Positions 53,406 through 64,000 of a stretch of 64,000 nucleotides of DNA are shown here, in pieces; position 1 is the stretch's first letter; each line of letters starts with the position of its first letter. This DNA is from the human T2T-CHM13v2.0 reference genome, Homo sapiens, in NCBI RefSeq assembly GCF_009914755.1, contig NC_060926.1. The stretch is one strand, 5' to 3'. The position numbers and the translations under genes were made by a program. The notes beneath the pieces were generated by a model that did no database searches, was not told the DNA's origin, and worked only from the letters and a program-made list of their open reading frames with translations.

Positions 53406-56084
53406 TGACTTCCTAAGAGTAGCTCATCAGAAATTAAGGACCTCACATAACTAATTGGGAAGCCAGCCAGCCCGGATTAGTCCACATCTAAGCATAGGCA
53501 TCCCATCCAAGGTAGACTTCTGGAAGAGGCTCCAGAAAGGGCCAAAGATGGCTTACAAAGAGATTTTGCTGCCCACCTGGTTGTAAATGTCTTTTTGTTT
53601 TTTTTGTGGTGTTGACATAGCAAGGCTCCCAAACAGTACCCTCACAATGGTTTTTCCATACTGTCCAGGACACCTCCTTCAGACAAACATGGAAAACATG
53701 AGAGTATTCCAAATAATTACAGAGGCTCCATCCTCAGGGCCCCTCCCCATCATGGGCATCTTGCAGGTGTGGGCAACAGCACTGGATAACCCCTGTCAGG
53801 GAATGGAGGAGGAAGGCAGGGCTGTGCAAAAATGGAGTTTTGCAACCCAGAGATCCCTGTTGATTATAGATCCATAAACTCAGACAAGTCACTTAAGAAT
53901 AAAGTCAGTGCCAGTTGATGACTGCTGCCCCAGAATAATTGTAAATAGTGCTTCCTTACTCTAAAATATCCCAGTTTGGGTTCTGTATTAATACATGGGT
54001 ACTCTATGACAAACATCATTTACAAAAAAGTAATCTTCTGATTTTTTTTAATGTTTGTAGAAACACAATATAGATAGCCATAATATAGGCTCTGTTCAGT
54101 AAAGAATCAGTTCTGATAAATTGGCAATGAGAGATAGAGTATTATGAGAGGCAATGAGAGGCAGAGTATATGTTGACTCTTTAAAAATTGCTATCTTGAT
54201 TTCTTCATTTTTGTGTGGGCAGTGGTGATGGCAGCAGGATGGGTGGTATGTGTGCGTGTGGAGGAAATTGTTAATACCTCTTAAAAGGCCTTTAGAAGGT
54301 CTTCTAAGTAAAGACGTCATACAATGTAGTATTATTATAACTTGTTGGAATTGATTTAAAAGGCTTAACAAGCAATAATATAGAGTCATTTGAAAAGTCT
54401 ATGAGCAGAAGAACGACCAGGGACATGGGTGGAGTGGGTAAATTTCTGAATGGCAGTCAGATCACCTCTTCTGTCTAGGAAGAACATAGAACTGATTTGT
54501 GTGGGACAAAAAGCACTTGCATAATGAAACCAAAACCCAATAGGAAAATCAGGACACCACAAGGAGCTCAAAGTTTTGTTTTGCTTTTGTTCTTTAATCA
54601 AGGGAGTGGCAGCTAGTTTGATGGAAGCATTTTTGTGTTAGAACATTGTGGCAAGGGAGAGAAACCTTAATTTCTGTAATTCTTTACCAAGAACTCCTTG
54701 CTTTGTCTTTAAAAGTGGGTTAAGCTAATTGTCTTGCCAGGGATTATTGGAGAGAGTCAATGGTGGGTGTGTTAAGAGCCTGGAAGCAAAATGTGAGTAC
54801 TGTCCCCGGAAGGAGAGAGGTGGGATAACCACTGGGCTGCTTCAGGGTCTTGCTGCAATCTCTTTAACATCCACAGGTCATTCCGAAAATCAGAGTCAGC
54901 ATGCAGCATGGAAACCACTTCACAACACTTGTTTTATTTCCCCTTTTTTTGGTCCATTGCTGAAAAATGCATGAAAATCTTGTAAACTATAATGTAAGAG
55001 GGCCCCAAATCATGGTGATTTTGTACCTCTTAATTCAAGAGGTAAGAGTGAGCCCAACAAGGGCAGCTCGAGAGTGGAAGGCGGGAGGCCCCATTTATTT
55101 TCTTGTAATGGCTCCAGCCTAAGTTGCCTTTTATCCACTTAGGCCCACACGATAAGTTCACTCTGGAAATCTCTTCAGCGTGGCTGCGTGCAGATGTAAT
55201 CGGACCTGCTCTGGGTCGTCCTAATTGCAAACACATTTCTCTCCCTCTGCGGCCATTCCTAAGCAGGCAGTGGTCAGAGCCTTGCCAGGGTTTTCTGGCA
55301 TCTTCTTCCTGCTTTGTTTCCAAATCTGCATTTTTCTTTGAGAAAAGACGTATGAGAGATTATAAACAGGATAATTATATGGCAATATGATTTTCAATGC
55401 ACGCTTTCCTTGCAGATTATTTTGAATGTGTAGGGGTTTGTTTTGGTGTGTTTTTTTCCCTCTCTGCCTGTGAGTCAGGGAGATAAAATGTTGTTTTGAA
55501 AGTGCAGTATATGGATCCACTAGAAACCTCCTACAATGTTGTTTAGACAAATGGTGAAAGATTATTCAGGGATGAAGCAAACAAAAAGGAGAAAAGGGAG
55601 GAAAGAGTAGGCACACAGGTCTCTGTCATTTGGCTCCCATCACTGAGGTTGTGGGGTCTGTCCCTGTTCTCCATTCTAGAACAGCATGGAGAAGGAAAGA
55701 AAACTGTTCATAATTACAGCTACAAATTCAGAGTATTACTACAAAGCTATCGATTCTGAAAGGACAGTGTTCTGGTTGAGGAGGTTGAATGTGATTCTTT
55801 GAAAGAACACATCCTTCTGTGCTACCCCTATGCTTCATTAAATTTTCCACCGCAGTTTGTAAAATCAGATGGCCCTGAATCTGAAGATGGGATGGGGTAA
55901 TGTTAAACACATGCTCATCCTTCAAGTCGCATGCATAGACACAGCACATTTATTTATTTTTGGTGCATAAAATCATATAATTTGTGTCTATTTGAGGTAA
56001 GGGGTACATCAGGGCCCACACTGATGGCCACACAGGTTGCTTGGCACAGCTCCAGGCATGCGGACTATGGTGTGTAATTGCTGC

Positions 56085-56205
56085 CCCTGGAGCTCCACAG
56101 CAAGAAAGCCCCAGGACAGTACTGTTTCTCATTGACATTTTGTCTCCTATGCCTAGCATGCTTCCTCCAGTGGCACATACCAGGTAGTCATTCAGTTTTG
56201 TTGGA
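56085..56205 (+). mobile_element. L2 3'-end fragment
   Basis: ccccaggacagtactgtttc...tgtctcctatgcctagcatg...tggcacatac...ttttgttgga. Confidence 0.5.
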
Positions 56206-56256
56206 TATATTGCCAATGTGCTTCCAGAAGATTGAACTTGTTAATAATCAAAGTAT

Positions 56257-56417
56257 AGCCAGGTGTGGTTACATGTGCCTGTAGTCTCAGCTACTAGGGA
56301 TGCTGAGGTGGGAGGATCCCTTGAGCCCAGTAGTTCAAGGCTGCAGTGAGCTTTGATTGTGCCACTGTACTCCACCCTGAGTGACAGAACAAGACAAAAG
56401 AAAGAAATAAAATAAAG
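56257..56417 (+). mobile_element. FRAM/FAM free right Alu monomer with TSD atcaaagta
   Basis: Single monomer gccaggtgtgg...ggaggatcccttgagcccag..gttcaaggctgcagtgagc...; TSD 56247-56255 and 56418-56426. Confidence 0.9.
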
Positions 56418-58194
56418 ATCAAAGTACTACTGTAAAACAAACTATTGATTCCTTCTCCCAACAGCTAGAGATGCAGGGATAAAGAAAGCTCCATCCTGCT
56501 CTAGGAAGCTACAGTTTTGTGGGAGGAACATGTTTACAGGAAGTATATGAACAGCACAGAGGGGTCACAGAAGGAAAGTCAGGAATGCAAACTCTGCGTT
56601 CTATAGTCCCAAATATCAAAGAAAACAATGCCAGTGTCTGATCTGTGTCATTTCCCTCATTTTCAGTGGGAGAGGGGAATGAAATATTGGAGCATAAGGA
56701 TTACTCCAGATATATTAGAATCTGTTTTAGTTTCAAGTATTGGAAACCACCATAACCTCTTAGGTCTCTCCTTCAAATATAACATATTCCCTTTCTGAAG
56801 AATTCTTCCTTCAGATATTGTGGAATGACCTCATGTTACAGTCAGGCAATCCTATGCCGATGCTTATTAGCTATGTGACCTTGAAAACATTACTTATTAT
56901 GGTGATTTCTTCCCTATAAAATGGAAATAATATATATCAAATAACCATAGATGTCATTCCTTCTCCTACATCTCCCACCTGGAGGTACACTTTGCAAGGT
57001 GAAGTTTTTGTAAATAACCAACTTAATATGGAGAATGGTTAGTAACCATCAAGTGTGAGCAAATGCTGCAAGGATCCTCAGATGGCTACTAGTTTGCCTC
57101 TTAATCATCTTAAGCCTAAACAATAGCACTACTGTTTCTCTTCCAAGACCTTCCTAAGGGAAAGACATAGAAGGTATGGAGTGAGACTCAAAAACTTGGA
57201 ATATCAATGGTATAACCGTATCTTTTCCAAATGAGAAGTGTCTCCAAATGAGAAGAATACTGTCTCCAGCAGTATTCTTTATGCACTCCATTCATAACAT
57301 TAGTAAGGCAAATCTTTCACAGGTTATTTTTAAAATTCAATATATTAAATGTTTATTTTTTTCAGGACTCCTCTCATTGTATCTTTATTTTAAAAGTTCT
57401 TGACTACTGTGTCTAATTTCAATCTAGAGGCAATTAAAGTCTTGCTGAAAAGAACATTTCAGGAAAGTGTATTTGAAAGAAACACATGAAAGATGGTCAG
57501 CAATCTCTCTATTAGTCCCACAGCTAGAACCAGTAAGAAAAATCAATGACATTTTAGTTGATTTCCAAGACTCATTTACAACAATTCAGTTGAACTTATA
57601 AATTTCTTCCTAGAAAATTTTACTGATGGCTGCTAAATAAGAAATTCCATTTCTTGGTCTTCTGGTTATGCTAGTAATTATCATCAATATGCACCCCCCA
57701 TAAAACAGAGTAGGAAGAAAAATTAGAGCTTTATGTAATTAGATACTGGTTAATACAATGGCACAGTAGTTTAGCTGTGGCTAATTCTACAATTAATTCT
57801 AGATTATCCATCCATAGATAATGCATAAGGCAGTAATCATATAGCATCTATGGAGCGACATCTGCTTCAGTAAGTACTGAGAAACAAAGATAAATAAGAT
57901 CATAACCTCATAACCTACCTGGACATTTTTCTCACTACTGTATCTGCAGTACTGAGAAGAGCATTTAGTGCATTACAGATTTTCAATAGATGTTTGTTGA
58001 GTGAATAAAGAAATGACAACATATATCTCTCTTTCCAGAAAACCACTGTCTAGGTGGGGAAACTGGTGTGTATACCATTAATTCAATGCTTCACTGACCG
58101 TGGTGGCCTCCCTCAGCCAGCCCCTCATCATGATCTCCAGACTTCCTTTCAACCACCTTATGAAGTTCTTTTTTGATTACAGAGTAAAGTGCAA

Positions 58195-58580
58195 GGAGAT
58201 TCAAAGTAACAGAATTCCGGTTTTAATTTTTGGTTCCATTACTAGCTGTATAACTTTAGAAAAATTATTTGCCATATTTTATCTTTAGTGTTTGATGTAT
58301 CAAATGAAGGTAATAATACTTGCCATGTAGGGCAGCTTGATAAGAAAAACACATCTATAGGAGGAGAATTAAATGTCATTGTATAAAACCTCCAGTCCAG
58401 AGCTGGGCGCAGTGGCACCCACCTATAGTCCCAGCTACTTGGGAGGCTGAGGCAGGAGGATCTCTTGAGTCCAGGAGTTCAAGGCCAGCCTAAGCAACAT
58501 AGTGAAACCCTGTCTCTAAAAACAACAACAATTACAACTCAGCTCAGGGCTTGTTACATAGTAATCACTTAAGTAACTGT
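58195..58580 (+). mobile_element. MIR interrupted by a FLAM
   Basis: ccggttttaatttttggttccattactagctgtataacttt...caaatgaaggtaataatac ... acatagtaatcacttaagtaa. Confidence 0.7.
58401..58532 (+). mobile_element. FLAM (FLAM_A-like) free left Alu monomer
   Basis: gctgggcgcagtggcac..cctatagtcccagctacttgggaggctgagg..ttgagtccaggagttcaaggccagcctaagcaacatagtgaaaccctgtctctaaaa, ~130 bp, no right arm. Confidence 0.9.
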
Positions 58581-58679
58581 AAATTTATTTTTGATCCCTC
58601 CTCTTCTTCCTCCCCGGCATCCTCCATCAGACTGCATCAGCCTTGCCTCTGCATTACTGCCCTGCTAATCACTCTAAAC

Positions 58680-59602
58680 CAGTGGTTGTCTAGCCTGGCT
58701 GATTTCAGAATCACCAGGGCCCAGCCCAGACCTATAGAATTAGCATCTCCTGAGGATGTCTAGAAACCTATAGAAGGCGCACTCTCACTCCAGGTGATTC
58801 TGATAATAAATTGTGCCTGGGAACCTCTGCTCTCCATCAATGGGATGTTCCTTAGGGCAGTGCTTCTTATATTTTGGTGAGCGTCAGAATCAGCTAGAGG
58901 GTTTGTTAAAGCATAGATTGCTAAACCTACCCCTAGAGTTTCTGATTCACTAGGTGTATTAGTCCATTCTCATGCTGCTAATAAAGACATACTGAAACCA
59001 GGTATTACATGGCAGCAGGCAAGAGGACATGTTCAGGGGAACTCCCCTTTATAAAACTGTCAGATCTCATGAGACTTATTCACTATCATGAGAACAACAT
59101 GGGAAAAACCATCCCCATGATTCAATTACCTCCCACCAGGTCCCTCCCGTGGCACACGGGAATTATGGGAGCTACAATTCAATATGAGATTTGGGTGGGG
59201 ACACAGAAAAACCATAACAGTAGGTGTGCAGTAGAGCCTAAGAATCTGCATTTATAACAAGTTTCCAGGAGATGCTCATGCTGCTGGTCCAGGGACCACA
59301 GTTTGAGGTCTTGTTTAAGGTCTTGCTACTAAAGTGTGATGCACTAACCAGCAACATCACTGGGGAGCACCTTAAAAATGCAGGACCACGTGCCCCATCC
59401 CAGATTTACATTAAAGTTTGAGAACACAAATGTAAGGAAGAGCTTCACAAAGGAAGCTTTTAAAATGCAGATTCCTGGGCTTCATACACTAAAGATTGTG
59501 TATGAATAGGGTTCAGGAATCTACATCTTAATAATCTCCCCCATGACATTCAGATGCATGAAATTCCTGAGCCAAGAAAAGCCACACCAAGAAAAGCACT
59601 GC
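58680..59602. mobile_element. Cluster of 4-5 MER5A/B MITE copies or fragments
   Basis: Repeated MER5 motifs: cagaatcacc, ccaggtgattctgat, gagtttctgattca, gaatctgcattt..aacaagtt.ccagg, aaaatgcagattcctgggc. Confidence 0.8.
58955..59219 (-). mobile_element. THE1C/D solo LTR with an internal deletion, inserted in MER5A
   Basis: tgtattagtccattctcatgctgctaataaagacatac...cagatctcatgagacttattcactatcatgagaac...gagatttgggtggggacacag..accataaca; flanks ctagg/gtagg (5-bp TSD, one mismatch). Confidence 0.92.
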
Positions 59603-60050
59603 TCAAGAGATTGCAACAGCAGTTTGTTAGCTACAGAATCAATACAGGTGCTTACTACTGAGTATGCGACTTAGAGCCTAGCCAGACTTGCTAGCTGTCT
59701 TGCTATAGCAAGGGTCCTACCAACCAGCTAGACACATTGGACTTACTGTATTTCTAGGTATCCATCAGAGATTGTGTGTGCTTCCCAGTAATCTAATCAT
59801 GACCTGTTAGAATAAGATAAGGATTGAAATGGATTCTTTTTGAAGACAGATGCCAAGTAGAAGAATGTCTAATATCGTTACTTATACCCACTAGTCAAGG
59901 CTGTTCTGATTGTTAATTATAGAAACCCCTCTATCTAGCACACACACACAAAGTGAAAAGGTGGGTTTTATAGAAATATATAAGATATCTAATGAAATAT
60001 AAGTACAATTGGACAATGTCTTTTGATGATCCAGAATTGAGGTTCTTTTC

Positions 60051-60590
60051 TGTGGCAGATTGTATTTTCCCAAATTGGCTGCAACAATATTTTACATCCT
60101 ACATACTCTTCCTGAACCTTGACATTCCCACACTGGGAGCTAGAATCTATGCCCCCTACTTTTGAAACTATGTGAGCCTTTGTAAATGCCTCAAGTAACA
60201 GGGTCATGGTGGAATAGTGGTAGGACATTTCCAAAGCTATGTTGTAAAAGGTGATATGGCTTCCATCTGGCTCACTATCTTGAAATTTGACCTTTTGGAA
60301 CTTTGAGCATCCATATAAGAAGTCTGGCTGTCCTGAAGCTGTCCTGCTGCAGAGACTACTTGGAACGGCCATATGAAGACAGAGAGAGACACCCAAGGAA
60401 CCTTAGTTGTTCCAGCCCAAGAATCTGACATGTGGTAAGGAAGCCATTGAGATGAGTCCAGGGCTACTGTCCAATAGCAGCTACATGAGAGACTCCCAAG
60501 GAGAACCACCTGGCTGACCCCAGAACTATGAGAGATAATTATAACTGATTGTTGTTGCTTTATACTACTATGCAGCAATAGCAACTGGAA
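60051..60590 (+). mobile_element. MaLR solo LTR (MLT1G-like)
   Basis: tgtggcagattgtattttcccaaattggctgcaacaata...gagaaccacctggctga..cccagaactatgagagataa...tatgcagcaatagcaactggaata. Confidence 0.88.
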
Positions 60591-60739
60591 TACTTTTGTC
60601 TAGAGCCCTGTAATTTCTCCCCTCTGTTTCTCTCTGCATGTCTACTTCATTCTCCTGTTTCTGTCCACAAAGTTCATGCATTTGTCTGTATATTGAGATC
60701 ATATAGCTATTTGTCCATACCACGTGCCCTCCAGAAGAT

Positions 60740-60872
60740 TTAATGTGCACAAGAATCACCTGGAAATTTTGCTAAAACTTAAAGTCTGATTCATTACTTT
60801 TGTGATGGGACCTGAGGGTCTGCATTTTTAACAAGTTCCTAGGTGATATTGCTACTGGTCTGTGAACCACTA
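60740..60872. mobile_element. MER5A fragment
   Basis: agaatcacctgga...tctgattca...gggacctgag..tctgcatttttaacaagttcctaggtgat. Confidence 0.8.
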
Positions 60873-60909
60873 GATTAACCTGTTGCCATTTGCTTTCTCT
60901 CCCCTCCCC

Positions 60910-61455
60910 CATATTAAATCATTTGAAAACAAGTTGCAGACCTTGTGATAGTTTACCACGAGATTCTTCAGGGTAACTCTCCCAAGAATAAGAACATTTT
61001 CTATATAATCAGAATATTGTTATATATGCCAAAAACTTAATTTATTTTTAAAAGCTTTATCTAAAAATATAGTCCATATTTAAATTTCTTCATTTATCTC
61101 AAAAATATCTTTTGAAGCAGTTTCTCCTCCCTTTGATCCAAGATTCAATCAAGGATTAAGTACCTTTGATATCCGATAATCAGAATAGTTGCTCTACCTT
61201 TTCTTTACCTGTCCTTTAAGAGACTAATGTTCTTGGAGAGTCCAGGCCAGTTTTCTAATAAAATATCACACAACCTGGATTTGACTGCTTCCTCATGAAC
61301 AAACTCTAGTTATACATTTTGTCAAGAATTGGTGGTTTGTCGTAATCACCAATTATGTAGTTTACATCGCAACACATCAGGAGACTCCGGATGTCACTTT
61401 GCCCCTTTTTTGGTGATGCCATGTTGGATCACTTAGTTAAGCTGATAGTTGATGT
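60910..61455 (-). mobile_element. L1MC/ME 3' UTR fragment
   Basis: catttgaaaacaagttgcagac...ccaagaataagaacattttctatataatc...gatccaagattcaatcaaggat...gagtccaggccagtt. Confidence 0.75.
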
Positions 61456-61463
61456 CTTTTGTG

Positions 61464-61748
61464 TTTCTTTTTCTTTTTTCTTTTTTTTCTTTTTTTTGAC
61501 AGGGCTTTACTTGGTGGCCTAGGTTGGAGTGCAGTGGGGTGATCACAGCTCACCGTAGCCTCCACCTCCTGGGCCCAAGCAATCCTCCTACTTCAGCCTC
61601 ATGAGTAGCTGGGACTACAGGTGCATGCCGCCATGCCTGGCAAATTTTTGTATTTTTTTGTAGAGATGAGGTTTCGCCATGTTGCCCAGTATAGTCTGGA
61701 ACTCCTGAGCTCAAGTGATCCCACCTCAGCCTGCCAAAGTGCTGGGAT
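61464..61748 (-). mobile_element. AluJ missing its first ~25 nt
   Basis: ggagtgcagtggggtgatcacagctcaccgtagcctccacctcctgggcccaagcaatcctcc...ccaaagtgctgggat. Confidence 0.95.
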
Positions 61749-61754
61749 CTTTTT

Positions 61755-62006
61755 ACAGTGCAAAGAAGTTTTTTGAAGAAAGGCCCCAGCTGTCTTCCCC
61801 TCTCATCTCATTGGCCAGACTGGATCACATGATCACCACTAACCCATTCATTGACAAAGGACAGGGGTGTCCTTTGACTAGCTTGGACCAATCATGATTC
61901 CATCCCTGGGGTGAGAATTTGTCAAGCTGTGGGGAGTTGACTAATGAGGGGAGCTATTAGCCTAGAAGAATGGCTTTTGGGTAGACAATCAAGAGTGCCT
62001 GCCACA
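61755..62006 (-). mobile_element. Old MLT1 (J/K/L-like) LTR fragment
   Basis: ccccagc..tcttccc..catctcattggccagactggatcacatg..cacc.ctaacc...gcttggaccaatcatgattc...tttgggtagacaa. Confidence 0.7.
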
Positions 62007-64000
62007 TTTACCCAGTATTACAGAGCTAGTTAGAGGACAAACTGCTCTCTGATTCCTATTCCAACATAGCATGCTGCCTCCTTAAGAGATTAAGGATTTA
62101 TTGCTTATAAAATACTTTATAGGCCTCTTGTGAGAAATCCAATATTTATTTGCCCTATAAGATAAAAACAGGAATTTATTTTTTCTTGTTTTCTTTTCAG
62201 CTTTTCTCAGTCCATGATTCTTCACAGTGTTATAATGATACAGCTATTTATAGCCACTGCCAAAAATAAAAATAAAAAGTTTTTCTTTCCAAAATGGGCC
62301 AATAACTTTTATACAGAATAAGTTTATGGGATGTAAATTGTATAAGTTTAAAGCATTTCTCACTCTATTATTCTTTCAAAAAGTTATAGAGATGGAAAAT
62401 CAAAAGGAGTTATAATTCCATCAGGACAAGAAGCCAAAATGGTGGATGCTTTCATGAAGTTTATCAGGATTGTTAATAACTGTCATCCAAACCTCTCTCT
62501 TCTGCAGAATTGGTTGGATATTTGTAAAATGTAGTTGTCTTATGAGAATTCTGGCACTTTGAAATATCATTCCAGCTGGAAACTAGACATGAAAAATATC
62601 AAGGTGATTCTGAATCTCTGAAAATGTTTGGTTTAATTCTGAAAATTAAATGTAGTGCCCTGGGGCTGGGTACCAGGGCCATTGATTGTCCCAACCAAGT
62701 GATTCTTTCCTCCTAGTTGTAGTAATCTATTCTGTGCTTTCAGGCAATACTCTACATCTTGTGCTTTAAAGGGTTCAAAGACAGCTCTTTTACTAGCTTG
62801 CATAGGTCTAAAATTTTAGCATTTGAGTTTCTAAGTCCTCCTTCCCTATTCCCAGCAAGAAACTCCACCTACATCCAACCCCACCCTAACTGGGCCAAAG
62901 CTATTTCCCCTCCTATTTATCTATGTAAGGGGCCCACAGGCATCTCTGCATAGACCTAAGCCACAGGCACCCTCCACACATCTCTCAAGCATCAGCCAGT
63001 ACTTTAGCAATGGAACTTTAGTTTCCATTGTGACTTGAGCGCACAGAGACCCAGATAGCCATGTGAAGAATAGGCTTTTGGTAGAGGGGAGAAGTGGAGG
63101 TGTGTAGGGAGAGGAAAAGGGAGGGAATATTGCAGGCAATCTTTACCTGCTTCACAATTTGCCAAAACCAAGCTCCCATTTTTATAGCTCACCACCCATT
63201 CTGTTTTCCACAACCACTGACCTTGACATTCACCAACCCTTTCTTTCTTTACTGTAACCTTGACTCCAGTAGAACGGTGCTTGTGGTTTATCTAACCTTG
63301 TGTCACCCTGAAACAAAAAAACAGGAGATGGCCAAATACCACAGAGAACTGTGGGGTTATTTTTGTGTGAGGCCCAAACAGGATTTCTACATAGATTTGT
63401 CATCTCTCCCATACAATGAATGGGTTTTAAAAACGTGGAGAAATTTCTCAAAACTATTCCAGCTATTTTGTTCTTTGGCATTTACCCACACACCCCAAGA
63501 GAGGTAGATATGAAAAAACAATATTTGACCATGTAGCTATAGTTACAGGCCACAGACAGCCAAGGGAACAGAAATTTAAAAATGAATGTAATATGCAACT
63601 TTGCCCTGATTCTGTCTCCCTGGATAAACTCTGCTTACCACTTAAATCTAAGTGTTCCCTAGTCCTCGATAATTGACAGGCAGTGGGAGAAGGTAAAGTC
63701 AAGTCTAAATTGAACACTGAATACAAAAGCACCTCCTTTCCAAGAAAAATTCCATTTTATGGTGAAATGATGAAAATGCCCCATTCTTTTGTTTAGATAA
63801 ATTCCAACCCTGTTTACGCTGATTTCTCCAGAGGGAGAAAGAGAGACTGTTTCTTTGAAAAGCCATTGACACAGAAAAACTCAGGTTCAATTTGGTTTTA
63901 TCCTGAAGGTTTGAAGTAAAACAATTCTTTGTCAGAATTTATAAATAAGACATTCATTAATTAAGCTTCACAATATTGCTTTGAAGTGAATACTACTGAA

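Noticed and set aside
53566-53584. Second CTCF-like sequence (caaccaggtgggcagc on the minus strand)
   Set aside because: Mismatches at core positions

Overview
Primate (human-like) non-coding DNA, intergenic or deep intronic, rich in interspersed repeats. I find no credible protein-coding gene: the listed ORFs are either Alu/L1/LTR-derived or short enough to be chance. Clear features are a full-length 7SL (SRP) RNA retropseudogene, Alu-lineage elements of all ages (FLAM, FRAM, AluJ, AluS, AluY), old and primate L1 fragments, L2/MIR, MaLR and ERVL solo LTRs, and hAT/Tigger DNA-transposon fossils, several of them nested. The most notable observations are: a ~150-bp unique-looking segment present twice 29 kb apart, one copy inside a composite Alu insertion; an L1PA insertion with an apparent 3' transduction; a twin-primed (5'-inverted) L1PA8; an ATGCAT palindrome/duplication cluster; and candidate regulatory sites (CTCF, AP-1/ETS, TAATCC cluster) in repeat-poor stretches. 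Nothing here demonstrates a new biological system. Subfamily names come from recall of consensus sequences, not a search, and the boundaries of old repeats are approximate.
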